Source: a virus
Lineage: Duplodnaviria > Caudoviricetes
Virus record (IMG/VR): IMGVR_UViG_3300005805_000014
Location: 1 to 32,691 of that record
DNA: 32,691 nt
Strand: one strand, 5' to 3'
Shown: piece after piece, positions 8,133 to 18,120 of the stretch
Position numbering within the stretch: position 1 is the first letter of the stretch
Layout of the letters: each line of letters begins with the position of its first letter
Translations under genes and position numbers: made by a program
Notes under the pieces: model-generated
Database searches by the model: none
What the model was told of the DNA's origin: nothing
The model's input: the letters and a program-made list of their open reading frames with translations, nothing else

Positions 8133-10372
8133 TTAGTACAGAGATTTATGTTGAGGATAATAGGTTGGACTTGGTTGATGAAATATCAACTGAGTTCAGC
8201 TATGCCATTGATGACATTCAGGACTTTGGTTCGAGAAATACAAGTTTCAGCAAAACCATTAACATTACAGGTACTGCTAATAACAACAAAATATTTGGCT
8301 TTGTCTTTGATCTTGGAAACGCAAATATCACAGATGATACTGAGCCTAATGTAGGGTATAATTTCAATGCCTCTAAGGTTGCCAACTGCAGAATCTTTAT
8401 TGACAAAATACAGATTTTTAAAGGGGTTTTAAGGCTATTAGAGATCGTTAAAGATGGATCAGCCATAGAGTACCAATGTGCAGTTTTCGGTGAATTGGGA
8501 GGATTTATTTCAGCTCTGGGGAACAATAGGCTTGAGGATTTAGCAACTGTATCTGGAGGAGGTTATTCTGCATATTCTGCATACAATAAGGCATGGACTT
8601 CTGCAAACATTACAGATCAGACTACAAGTGTGGCAAATAGCCATGTTTTATTTGGGTTAATTGATATAGGAAATGTGAGCACAAATAAAGTAGATTTTGA
8701 TTTTAGGGCATTTAGACCATGTTTTAAGGTAAAGGAAATGCTTGAAAAAATCAGGATTCAATCTGGTTACACATGGGATTTCCCATACTTGAGTAATTCA
8801 TTATTTGACAGATTGGTAATCCCTGCAAACTCAAAGACTCTATCTAATACATCAACTCAGGCATTTTATGCAACAGCTAATGCTGCGAGTTATTCAACAG
8901 ATAATTACCCTGATTTTACAGTAGTAACTGCAGGTAATTTTACACTAACAGGAAACTCCTATTATTATAATTCTGCAACTGCATTGGGATGCACTATCTC
9001 AGCTCAGTTGAGTTTGGAGATCACAGATGTTTACCCTGCTGCTCCTCAAGATGTAACAATATCTTTAAGAGTTAATGGAGCTGTTGTAGATTCAGAAACA
9101 TTTCCTATTAATTCAGTTCCAACTCCATTAAATACACAGTTAGAATATACAACAACTCTGAATCAAAATGATTACATTGATGTTTTCATTTCATCAACTG
9201 CTAATACTTATGATGTTGATAGTGGTTATTTGAGGGTTGATTCTACAACTGCAACAGATGTACCTATCAACTATGGTGAAACTATCCAGATGGACAAACA
9301 GTTGCCAAGAGGTATTTTCCAGAGGGACTTTTTCCTGTCAATTTGCAAAATGCTAAATCTTTATGTTTATGATGATCCTGTCAATGAGAAAAAGATTATA
9401 ATAAAACCTTACATAGATTTTTATAAGCCTTCAAATTATCAGGGTACATGGAATGCTGCAACAAATACTCCTACCTTATCTGATACAACAGGAACTCAAA
9501 ATTATGTTTACCAGATTAGCACAGGAGGGACAAGAGATTTGGGGCATGGAAATGTAACATATGTTGCAGGTCAATATGTTTATTATGATAATGGAATATG
9601 GAATGTTTCAGATGATAAAGATGCATTGACTCAAGATTGGACTAATAAGATTGACAGAGGCAGACCTATGAGCATTAAACCAATGAGTGAAATTAATGCC
9701 AGATATTATCAGTTCAAGTATAAACAAGATAATGATGTTTACAATGAGAACTATAGAAAGAAATATGCAGAGGGTTATGGGGATAATATATTTGATACTA
9801 CATTTGATTTTGTTAAAGATACTGACACAACTGAAGTAATTTTTTCATCATCTGTATTATATAGAAAAACAGGAACAGATAAAATCTATCCTGCTATTTA
9901 CAAGGTAGGATCAGGAGGGATAGAGGAATCAATGGATTTCAATATTAGGATATTTCAGGCAAAATATATAACAGGCATGACAGGTTATGCCATTAAAGAT
10001 GGATCAACAAATAAACAGAGCAATGTAACTACTTACACTTATGTTGGACATCTGGATGATCCATTTAATCCAACTAATGACATAAACTTTGGAGCTCCTA
10101 AAGAGGTATATTTTCAGGCAACAACATATCCAACTACTAACCTGTTCAATGCATTCTATTCAGATTATATGGCAGAGATAACAGACAAGGATTCTAAACT
10201 CCTTACCTGCAATGCCCTCCTTAATACTATAGATATTTATAATCTGGATTTTGGAAAGCTGATCTGGATAGATGGGGTTCTGTTCAGGCTGAATACTATA
10301 GAAGGTTATAACCCTATGGATTATACAACAACAAAAGTTAGTTTATTAAAGGCAATTGAAAAAACATTCTAA
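8129..10372 (+). CDS. Tail tip/baseplate hub-like structural protein
   Basis: 747 aa with N-terminal RNTSFSKTINI..T.NNNKIF; carries a domain shared with the tail fibre. Confidence 0.6.
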   Translation: MISTEIYVEDNRLDLVDEISTEFSYAIDDIQDFGSRNTSFSKTINITGTANNNKIFGFVFDLGNANITDDTEPNVGYNFNASKVANCRIFIDKIQIFKGVLRLLEIVKDGSAIEYQCAVFGELGGFISALGNNRLEDLATVSGGGYSAYSAYNKAWTSANITDQTTSVANSHVLFGLIDIGNVSTNKVDFDFRAFRPCFKVKEMLEKIRIQSGYTWDFPYLSNSLFDRLVIPANSKTLSNTSTQAFYATANAASYSTDNYPDFTVVTAGNFTLTGNSYYYNSATALGCTISAQLSLEITDVYPAAPQDVTISLRVNGAVVDSETFPINSVPTPLNTQLEYTTTLNQNDYIDVFISSTANTYDVDSGYLRVDSTTATDVPINYGETIQMDKQLPRGIFQRDFFLSICKMLNLYVYDDPVNEKKIIIKPYIDFYKPSNYQGTWNAATNTPTLSDTTGTQNYVYQISTGGTRDLGHGNVTYVAGQYVYYDNGIWNVSDDKDALTQDWTNKIDRGRPMSIKPMSEINARYYQFKYKQDNDVYNENYRKKYAEGYGDNIFDTTFDFVKDTDTTEVIFSSSVLYRKTGTDKIYPAIYKVGSGGIEESMDFNIRIFQAKYITGMTGYAIKDGSTNKQSNVTTYTYVGHLDDPFNPTNDINFGAPKEVYFQATTYPTTNLFNAFYSDYMAEITDKDSKLLTCNALLNTIDIYNLDFGKLIWIDGVLFRLNTIEGYNPMDYTTTKVSLLKAIEKTF

Positions 10373-12363
10373 TGGCTAATCAGAATTTAGATATTAAAGT
10401 AAATGTTACTACAGGGGATGCTACCAAACAGGTTAATGATCTGGGTAAAGGTGTAGAGAATATTGGTACTAATGCCAAGAAAGCTGAAGCTGCAGCGAGT
10501 TCCTCATTTGGAAAGATAGGCAGTCTTTTAAAGAGTCTGGGAATTATAACTCTTGTAGCAAAAGGCTTTGAGTTTTTTAAAGATGTTTTGGGAAAGAATC
10601 AAAAGGTAGCTGATGCATTTAGCACAGCATTAAACTTTTTGACAAGTGTTTTCTCTGATCTGGTCAAACTCATAGTTGATAACACAGATAAAGTAGTTGG
10701 TTTCATAAAGGATGTTTTTGAAAGACCTCAGGAGTATGTTAAACAGCTCGGAAATCTGATCAAAGAAAATGTCATTGAGAGATTTGAATCAATGATTCAG
10801 GCTGCAGGTTTATTAGGTCAGACATTAAAAAATCTTTTAACAGGTAATTTTAAGGAGGCAGCAGAATCTGGAAAGAAATTTGGAAAAGAATTGGTTGATG
10901 TTGTTACAGGTGTAAACAATACATTCGACAGATCAGCTCAGGCTGTTAATGAATTGGCTGATGCTACAGGTAATTATTTTGGTAAAAAATTTGAAGAGGC
11001 AAAAGCCTTAACTAATGCAACCAATAATCAGATCATTGCTGAGGCTAAGTTATTAAATGCGATCAAACAGAATGAGATTCAGGCTGAGAAACTCAGACAG
11101 ATCAGAGATGATGATCAGAGGAGCATAGAGGAAAGAATTGAGGCAAATAATCAATTGGCTAAAGTTCTGGATGAAGGCGAGAAGGCAGAGAGGGCATTGA
11201 TAGGTCAGAAACTAAACAGGATTGATGCAGAGATAAAACTAAATGGAGCTAATAATGAACTTATAGCTGAAAGAATTAGAGTTCAGGGTGAACTTGCAGA
11301 TGTTGAGGAGAAATACACAGGGAAAAGGACAGAGCAATTAATCAACGTAAATGCCCTACTCAGAGAACAGCAAGAGATCACTAAAATTCAGGTAGCTAAC
11401 CAGAATAAACTTTTGTTTGATCAGAGAAAAGCTACTGCTGAAGGTATAAAAGATGAGATAGAGAAATTACAGGCTAAAAAACAGATATTCATTGAGGAGA
11501 ATGTTCTTGAGGTAAAGAGATTAGAGGATAATGTAAACCTTTACAAGAAAGGAACTCTGGCAAGAGCACAGGCAGAGATTGAATTAGCTAATAAAAAAGC
11601 AGAGGTTGCTGCACAGCTACAACAATATGACAGGGACATAACTCAATCATTCCTCAATAGAAATCTAACCAATCTGGAAACTCTTGCAAATAATCAAAGG
11701 GAAACTTTTGCAGTTAGGAAACAGGCTCTGGATGCTGAGGAGATTTTGATAAATGATGCATTTAACAAGAGATTAATATCTGAGCAAGAATATAATCAAA
11801 AATTAAAAAAACTATCAGAGGATAGAATAGCTACTGAAGTTGCAGAAAAGGAATATAAAACAGCCATTACTATGGCTTATATTGATATTGGTATTCAGGC
11901 TGCACAATTGGCGAGGCAAGTATTTGAAAAAAGTAAGGCAGTACAGATTGCAGGATTGGTAGTTGAACAGGCAGGAGCTATAGGTAAAGTAATTGCAAAT
12001 TTAAGTGCTGCAAACTTTAAATCAATTGCAGCGAGTCCAACAACATTTGGTCAACCATGGGTTGGAATTAATACAGCTACTGCAGCTCTTAATATTGCCT
12101 CAATTGTAGCAACTACAGCAAAACAAATTGCAACAATGAAAAATCCTGAGGGTAGTTCAGGAGGTGGAGGAGTAAGTGTTCCAAAAATTGCAGGAGGTGC
12201 TCCTATTGCTCCTGCTATTCCAGAGGCTCAGTTGACACAGTTAAACCAATCTACTATCAATGCTCTGGGCAATCAGGCAGTTAGGGCATATGTTGTAGAA
12301 ACAGACATGACTACTAATCAACAGAGAATACAGGCTATCAAACAAAGGGCAAGATTTGGCTAA
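10372..12363 (+). CDS. Tape measure protein
   Basis: 663 aa, Ala/Glu/Lys-rich helical and coiled-coil, with hydrophobic segments near both ends. Confidence 0.8.
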   Translation: MANQNLDIKVNVTTGDATKQVNDLGKGVENIGTNAKKAEAAASSSFGKIGSLLKSLGIITLVAKGFEFFKDVLGKNQKVADAFSTALNFLTSVFSDLVKLIVDNTDKVVGFIKDVFERPQEYVKQLGNLIKENVIERFESMIQAAGLLGQTLKNLLTGNFKEAAESGKKFGKELVDVVTGVNNTFDRSAQAVNELADATGNYFGKKFEEAKALTNATNNQIIAEAKLLNAIKQNEIQAEKLRQIRDDDQRSIEERIEANNQLAKVLDEGEKAERALIGQKLNRIDAEIKLNGANNELIAERIRVQGELADVEEKYTGKRTEQLINVNALLREQQEITKIQVANQNKLLFDQRKATAEGIKDEIEKLQAKKQIFIEENVLEVKRLEDNVNLYKKGTLARAQAEIELANKKAEVAAQLQQYDRDITQSFLNRNLTNLETLANNQRETFAVRKQALDAEEILINDAFNKRLISEQEYNQKLKKLSEDRIATEVAEKEYKTAITMAYIDIGIQAAQLARQVFEKSKAVQIAGLVVEQAGAIGKVIANLSAANFKSIAASPTTFGQPWVGINTATAALNIASIVATTAKQIATMKNPEGSSGGGGVSVPKIAGGAPIAPAIPEAQLTQLNQSTINALGNQAVRAYVVETDMTTNQQRIQAIKQRARFG

Positions 12364-12366
12364 GTT

Positions 12367-12396
12367 GATATTATTTAAACTATTTAACATTTATAG
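12367..12396 (+). promoter_or_regulatory. Putative late promoter
   Basis: GATAT-N16-CATTTATAG before ATG 12399. Confidence 0.65.
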
Positions 12397-12398
12397 AC

Positions 12399-12989
12399 AT
12401 GGAATTACCAATATTTGAATTAATGATCTCAGATGATCTGAATGATGATGCTGAGGTTAATTTTGTTGCATTGGTTGACAGACCTGCAATCCAAAAGAAT
12501 TGGAATGCTTTTAAAGAAAACGCTAAATTTGAAATCGTTTCTGAGGATAAACGTATTATTAGTGGAGCTCTCATGTTGGCTGATACTCCTATTTTTAGGA
12601 GTGATGATACTCATGGGGATTACTACGTTATGTTTAGCAAGGATACTATTTTTAAAATTGCTCAAAAGTTTTTCAAGAAAGGTTATCAGGCTAATGTAAA
12701 CATAGATCACGATCCATCTAAAAAAGTAGATGGAGTTGTTATGTTTGAATCATTCATCTCAGACAAAGACAGAGGAGTAGCTCCTATGAAAGGTTTTGAA
12801 GATGCTCCAGATGGATCATGGTTTGGCTCTTTCAAGGTTGAGGATGATGCAACATGGCAAAAGGTTAAAAACGGAGAAGTTAAAGGATTTTCTGTAGAGG
12901 GAATTTTTGAATATAGCAAATCAAAATCTAAGGATCAAAAGATGCTTGAGGAGATAAAGAAAATTTTATCAGCCTTAAGTGATAACTAA
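12399..12989 (+). CDS. Prohead serine protease (XkdF-like)
   Basis: VALVDRPAI, NIDH, PDGSWF and VKGFSVEG; upstream of scaffold and MCP. Confidence 0.85.
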   Translation: MELPIFELMISDDLNDDAEVNFVALVDRPAIQKNWNAFKENAKFEIVSEDKRIISGALMLADTPIFRSDDTHGDYYVMFSKDTIFKIAQKFFKKGYQANVNIDHDPSKKVDGVVMFESFISDKDRGVAPMKGFEDAPDGSWFGSFKVEDDATWQKVKNGEVKGFSVEGIFEYSKSKSKDQKMLEEIKKILSALSDN

Positions 12990-13011
12990 TTCATTTATTA
13001 ATCATTTAAAC
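12981..13011 (+). promoter_or_regulatory. Putative late promoter
   Basis: GATAA-N17-CATTTAAAC, with a second CATTTATTA at 12992. Confidence 0.55.
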
Positions 13012-13018
13012 ATAAAGT

Positions 13019-13600
13019 ATGAACGCAAAAGACGCAATACTAAAAATTAAGGCATTATTCGAGGATATGCCTGAAGCTGCTCCTGCACAGGAGGAGGCTA
13101 AACTTGAGTTTGCTGAATACCAATTGGCAGATGGAACTAAGGTTATGATTTCTGCTCTTGAAGTTGGTGGGGAGGTTAAACTTGAGGATGGCTCATTCGC
13201 TCCTGATGGAGATCATCAGTTGGCTGATGGAACTCAAATCTCAACTCTTGAAGGTAAAATTGTAGAAATCGAAGCTGCAGAAAAACCAGAGCAAGAAAAT
13301 GTAGATGTAGAGATTGAGGCAGAAAAAGACAAAAAGATGCAAGAAATGGCAGATCAATTTTCTGCTAAGATTGCTGAATTTAACGGACTAATTGAAGCTC
13401 TGACAGCTAAGGTTGAAGCTCTTGAGGCTAAATCTAAAGCAGGGTTTTCTCAGGTTGTAGATTTGATTGATGAGATGGCTAAAGTACCAAGTGCTGATCC
13501 AATCCAAAAACCTCAATCATTCAAGTTTGAACCTACAAAAGACATTAAGTTTGATAGACTTAATAAATACAGAAACGCAATTTTAAACAATAAAAATTAA
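13019..13600 (+). CDS. Putative capsid scaffolding protein
   Basis: Acidic, LADGT repeats plus coiled coil; between protease and MCP. Confidence 0.7.
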   Translation: MNAKDAILKIKALFEDMPEAAPAQEEAKLEFAEYQLADGTKVMISALEVGGEVKLEDGSFAPDGDHQLADGTQISTLEGKIVEIEAAEKPEQENVDVEIEAEKDKKMQEMADQFSAKIAEFNGLIEALTAKVEALEAKSKAGFSQVVDLIDEMAKVPSADPIQKPQSFKFEPTKDIKFDRLNKYRNAILNNKN

Positions 13601-13605
13601 CAAAA

Positions 13606-14559
13606 ATGGCTTTTAATGTTGCTGCTCTTGCAGACTACACAGAACAAAACGAGGCATTGCTTGTAACTTCAAGTGTGCTTGGTGCTAAGACTGCATCTTT
13701 GATAAAGAGTGCAGGTAATGTAATGGTTGGTGTTAAATCATCTGAAACCATTAACATTATGGATACTGATGCAATTTTCCAAAGTGGTGCATCATGCGGT
13801 TTTACTGCATCTGGTTCAACTACTTTTTCTCAGAGAACTGTAACAGTAGGTAAAATTAAAGTGAACGAGGCTCTTTGCCCTAAAGATTTGGAGGCTAAAT
13901 ATCTCCAAAAGGCATTGCCAACAGGTTCAATGTATGATTCAATCCCATTTGAGCAAGAATTTTCTGAGAAGAAAGCTAAGAGAATTGCTGCTCAACTCGA
14001 AACTGCTTTGTGGCAGGGCGATACCGATAGCGGTAATGCTAACCTTTCTCGCTTTGATGGCTTGGTTAAGTTGATTGGAGCTGCATCTGGAGTAGTTGCT
14101 GCAAACAGTTCAACTTACATCTCTGGTGCTCCTTTGAGCTCAATTACTGCAGCTAACGTAATCTCTATTTTTGATGGAGTTTACAAGGCTATCCCTGCAC
14201 AGGTTGTAGCTGCTGATGACATGACTATCTTCTGTGGTCAAGATGTTTTCAGAACTTACACTATTGCATTGAAAGATGCAAACCAATTCCATTACTCAAT
14301 TGATGTTAAAGCTGATAGCGAGTTCATTTTGCCAGGCACTACTATCAAAGTTGTAGCTGTTGCAGGTTTGAACGGAACTAACAAGGTTTATGCAATGAGA
14401 TTGAGTAATATGTTCTTGGGAACAGACCTCTTGAATGAGGAGGAGAAATTTGAGATTTTCTACGCAAAAGAAGCAGACCAAGTACGTTTTGTTTCTGAGT
14501 TCAAAATGGGTGTGAACATTGCATTCCCTGATGAAGTAGTGAAATTTATCCTTGCATAA
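13606..14559 (+). CDS. Major capsid protein
   Basis: 317 aa with strong codon bias and LWQGD...FDGL; follows protease and scaffold and precedes a terminator. Confidence 0.85.
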   Translation: MAFNVAALADYTEQNEALLVTSSVLGAKTASLIKSAGNVMVGVKSSETINIMDTDAIFQSGASCGFTASGSTTFSQRTVTVGKIKVNEALCPKDLEAKYLQKALPTGSMYDSIPFEQEFSEKKAKRIAAQLETALWQGDTDSGNANLSRFDGLVKLIGAASGVVAANSSTYISGAPLSSITAANVISIFDGVYKAIPAQVVAADDMTIFCGQDVFRTYTIALKDANQFHYSIDVKADSEFILPGTTIKVVAVAGLNGTNKVYAMRLSNMFLGTDLLNEEEKFEIFYAKEADQVRFVSEFKMGVNIAFPDEVVKFILA

Positions 14560-14564
14560 TATAT

Positions 14565-14587
14565 GGGGAGATAAAACTCCCCTTTTT
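14565..14587 (+). terminator. Intrinsic terminator
   Basis: GGGGAG-ATAAAA-CTCCCC followed by TTTTT. Confidence 0.8.
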
Positions 14588-14609
14588 ATAATTTTAAAAA
14601 CTCAATAAC

Positions 14610-15131
14610 ATGGCTTGTGCACTTACGCAAGGCTACACATTAGACTGTAAAGATTCCTTAGGTGGTATAACAGAGGTGTACTTCATGGCAAAACAAGATG
14701 TTGCCTCTTATACTGTTTCTGGTGGAGTTATGACTGCTCTGACTAAAGACTCTGGAAAGAGATTTTACAAGTATGAGTTGGTTAAGGCTACATCTGGAGT
14801 TGTTGAGAACATTAATGCATCTGTTGAAAACGGAACTATTTTCTATCAGCAGGAGCTCACTATTGTTCTGAACAAACTACAAGCTAATACAAGAAATGAA
14901 ATCTTGTTGTTGGCTAAGAATCTGTTGGTCGCAGTAGCTAAAGATAACAACGGAAAATATTGGTACTTTGGATTGACAAGAGGACTTGACATCACAGCAG
15001 GTTCATCTGCAACAGGTACTGCAGAGGGTGATCGTTCTGGTTATACTCTGACATTCACAGGTAAAGAGCCTGAACTCGCTCCTGAGGTTAACTCAACTGT
15101 AGCGGGTCAGCTCGAAACTGCAGGATCATAA
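14610..15131 (+). CDS. Probable major tail tube protein
   Basis: 173 aa, beta-rich: MAC..GY.LDCKDSLGGI...GYTLTFTG.E; has its own terminator. Confidence 0.7.
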   Translation: MACALTQGYTLDCKDSLGGITEVYFMAKQDVASYTVSGGVMTALTKDSGKRFYKYELVKATSGVVENINASVENGTIFYQQELTIVLNKLQANTRNEILLLAKNLLVAVAKDNNGKYWYFGLTRGLDITAGSSATGTAEGDRSGYTLTFTGKEPELAPEVNSTVAGQLETAGS

Positions 15132-15157
15132 TCAATATACAGTGCGGATTTTTCATG

Positions 15158-15185
15158 TGCCCTGCCTTTTAGGTGGGGCATTTTT
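15158..15185 (+). terminator. Intrinsic terminator
   Basis: TGCCCTGCCT-TTT-AGGTGGGGCA followed by TTTTT. Confidence 0.75.
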
Positions 15186-15215
15186 GTTAAATGCCAGAGT
15201 TTTCTGCATTTATAG
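15186..15215 (+). promoter_or_regulatory. Putative late promoter
   Basis: GTTAA-N16-CATTTATAG before ATG 15219. Confidence 0.65.
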
Positions 15216-15218
15216 TAG

Positions 15219-15593
15219 ATGATACAGTTAACAAAAGGGCAGACTCAATATATTTATTTAACTTTAACTGAAAAACAGTTATTGCAGAGTCCTAATTATT
15301 TGTTTGTATTTACGAATAGGAGTAGCAATCAACAGGTTAAATTTGTCAAGCTAAATAATACGGATGTTAGTCAGTATAAGGATAGGTATAATAAATTTGA
15401 AATAGTGGTAAATACTTATTTTGGCAGCAGTCTGAATGGTCAATGGGATTATCAGGTGTATGAGCAGACGAGTCCAACAAACACTAATCCTGCAGGTTTA
15501 AATCTGTTGGAGAGTGGAATTATGATGTTAAACCAATCGGCTACCATATTTACGGAATACACAACAACAGACACTTATAAAATAAGAGAATGA
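15219..15593 (+). CDS. Hypothetical virion protein
   Basis: 124 aa, beta-rich, coupled to the portal gene. Confidence 0.7.
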   Translation: MIQLTKGQTQYIYLTLTEKQLLQSPNYLFVFTNRSSNQQVKFVKLNNTDVSQYKDRYNKFEIVVNTYFGSSLNGQWDYQVYEQTSPTNTNPAGLNLLESGIMMLNQSATIFTEYTTTDTYKIRE

Positions 15594-17392
15594 ATTACGT
15601 TTTAGTACAATTTGCGGAAGCCAAACAACCTGAATACAGGGAGAAAAAGGGCGAAGGCTATATCCAATATGGGGACAGGAATGACTATCCTAATTACCTT
15701 GTTGAACTTTTTAACAAATCTGCTAAACATAATGCCATTGTTAGAAACAAGGTGCATTATATCACAGGAAATGGTTGGGCAGGTACAGGTGAAGGATTCA
15801 TTAAGAGTCCTAATAGGAGCGAATCTCTGGATGATCTAACCAGAAAGGTATCAATGGATATGGAGCTTTTTGGAGGAGCATTTATTGAGGTTATTTGGGG
15901 CATAGGAAAGGTGAGCGAGATTTGGCATTGTGATTATACCAAGTTCAGAACTAATAAAGACAATACTCAGTTCTGGTATAAGGAGGATTGGAAAGATTCT
16001 AAGGAGAAATATGAGGTTTATCCTGCATTCAATCCTAAGAATCCACAGGGCAAACAAATCCTTTACCTAAAGGAATACAGACCAAACGGAGGAGTTTATA
16101 CTCTGCCCTCATACTTTGGAGCTCTTAACTATATTGAGAGTGATATTGAGGTTTCTAAGCACGTTTTAGGAAATGCCAAAACAGGGTTTTCTGCAAGTAA
16201 ACTTATTACCCTCCCTAATGGAGAGCCTTCTCCTGAGGAGCAGAGAGTTGTACACAATAAATTTAAAAATACCTACACAGGAGCTGATGGGATTAAATAT
16301 ATGTTGGCTTTTGTCAACGATGCATCCAGAAAACCAATTGTAGATGATTTGGGGCAGTCAGATTTGACTAAAGAGGATTTTGGGCAGGTAGATCAGCTCA
16401 TTCAGACAAACATATTCTCAGGGCATCAGGTAACTACTCCATCCATTTTCGGTATTGCGGTTGCAGGTCAATTAGGGACAAGAACAGAGATGAAAGATGG
16501 ATATGAGATTTTCAAGAATACATATGTAAACGGAAAACAAATGTTTCTTGAGTCTGCATTTAATATGTTGGCAGGATATGCAGGTTATCCAGAGGATTTA
16601 AAGATCATACCTACTGAGCCTATAGGAATTGAGTTCAGCGAGGCTGCACTTTTGCAGTTTGCTCCTAAAGAATGGATCATTGAAAAGCTCGGTATTGATA
16701 TGAGCAAGTATCAGCCTCAGGTAAATCCAGAGGTGAACACAGCTCAATTTGAGGAGCAAGATTTTGATTTCTCTATTCTGGATGATTTGGGAGAGGATGA
16801 GGATAATTTCAATGTCTGGAGAAAAAAGAGTGTATTTGATGAGCAGGTTTTGTTTGCTGATGTCAGTCAATTACAGGCTAATGTTTTGGATTTGATTGCA
16901 AAAGACAAGAGGATTACTCCAGAGATTATTGCTGAGGTTCTGAAAGAGGAAATAGGAGTAATCAAAAGAATAATGAATCTCCTTGCTGAGAAAGGCTACA
17001 TAGCTGTTAAAGATATTGTTATTGGAGAGGGCATAGATTCCAACATTGTTACAGAAAGGAATCTGACAGAGCCTTTGAAAGACATAGTGGAGAAAATCAA
17101 ACCTCAAACAACTGAGTTTTTGATTAGATATACCTACGAATGGAGAAAAGGATTTAACGATAGTGATAAACCAACGAGCAGACCATTCTGCCAATATCTA
17201 ATGAGCCAGAAACAATCTAATGGCAGAAAGAAAATGTACAGCAGATCAGAGATTGAGCAAATGACTGCCAGACTCGGCTATTCTGTATGGGATAGAGGAG
17301 GCGGTTGGTACACAGTCAAAGGTTCTAAACCTGCAAAACATACTCCTTTCTGCAGACATGAATGGAAAGAAAACCTTGTAACAAGAAAATAA
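15590..17392 (+). CDS. Portal protein with C-terminal extension (wHTH-like and MuF-like)
   Basis: YGDRNDYP..L..LFNKSAKHNAIV, YTLPSY.GAL and I.SGHQVT.P.IFG; C-terminus has SRPFC...CRHEW. Confidence 0.8.
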   Translation: MNYVLVQFAEAKQPEYREKKGEGYIQYGDRNDYPNYLVELFNKSAKHNAIVRNKVHYITGNGWAGTGEGFIKSPNRSESLDDLTRKVSMDMELFGGAFIEVIWGIGKVSEIWHCDYTKFRTNKDNTQFWYKEDWKDSKEKYEVYPAFNPKNPQGKQILYLKEYRPNGGVYTLPSYFGALNYIESDIEVSKHVLGNAKTGFSASKLITLPNGEPSPEEQRVVHNKFKNTYTGADGIKYMLAFVNDASRKPIVDDLGQSDLTKEDFGQVDQLIQTNIFSGHQVTTPSIFGIAVAGQLGTRTEMKDGYEIFKNTYVNGKQMFLESAFNMLAGYAGYPEDLKIIPTEPIGIEFSEAALLQFAPKEWIIEKLGIDMSKYQPQVNPEVNTAQFEEQDFDFSILDDLGEDEDNFNVWRKKSVFDEQVLFADVSQLQANVLDLIAKDKRITPEIIAEVLKEEIGVIKRIMNLLAEKGYIAVKDIVIGEGIDSNIVTERNLTEPLKDIVEKIKPQTTEFLIRYTYEWRKGFNDSDKPTSRPFCQYLMSQKQSNGRKKMYSRSEIEQMTARLGYSVWDRGGGWYTVKGSKPAKHTPFCRHEWKENLVTRK

Positions 17393-17393
17393 G

Positions 17394-17996
17394 ATGAGTT
17401 TAAACGTATTATTCATATCAGTTGATACTATCAAGGATAGGACAGGACTGCATAACAATGTAGATGAGAAATTGATCCTGCCAGAAATTAAAGCTGCTCA
17501 GGACATTTATATTCTACCTGCTTTGGGTAGTGCTCTTTACAACAGATTACAGGCAGGGATTCAGGCTAATGATCTAACACAGGGTGAAGTAACTCTGTTG
17601 AATGATTACATAGTTGATACTCTTGTAAACTTTGTTTTAAGTGAGTTGCCACAGGGACTCAGTTTCCAATATTACAACAAGGGACTGCTGAGAAAAACAG
17701 GAGATAATTTTGAGAGTCCATCTATGCAGGACATGATAGATGTAGCTAATAGGTATAAATCCAGAGCTGAGTTTTATAAACAAAGGCTCATTAAATATCT
17801 AAAGCAGCAATCATCAATAGGAAACTTTCCTCTGTATCTCAATTGGGGATCAGGCATTGATGTGGTCAGACCAGAGCATGATGGATATAATTCAACTATA
17901 TATCTGGGAGATGATACCTGTTGCGGAGGCAAACCTGTAGAGAAAAACTTTAAATATATTTATCAGGGAAATAATCCACCTTGCTGTTATGAGTAA
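17394..17996 (+). CDS. Putative head-tail adaptor
   Basis: 200 aa, helical, AQDIYILPALGSALY; follows the portal. Confidence 0.6.
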   Translation: MSLNVLFISVDTIKDRTGLHNNVDEKLILPEIKAAQDIYILPALGSALYNRLQAGIQANDLTQGEVTLLNDYIVDTLVNFVLSELPQGLSFQYYNKGLLRKTGDNFESPSMQDMIDVANRYKSRAEFYKQRLIKYLKQQSSIGNFPLYLNWGSGIDVVRPEHDGYNSTIYLGDDTCCGGKPVEKNFKYIYQGNNPPCCYE

Positions 17997-18120
17997 ACAA
18001 GCTAACTTAAAAAATCAACAGAAATTAAAGATTTATCTGCAGAAAAATGGCAACAACACTAACACTAAACCAAACAATAAAACAACTAACAGACTACGGA
18101 AACCAACACGCACAAATTAA
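17989..18120 (+). CDS. Possible 43-aa basic peptide (not in the ORF track)
   Basis: MSKQANLKNQQKLKIYLQKNGNN...; overlaps both neighbours. Confidence 0.35.
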   Translation: MSKQANLKNQQKLKIYLQKNGNNTNTKPNNKTTNRLRKPTRTN

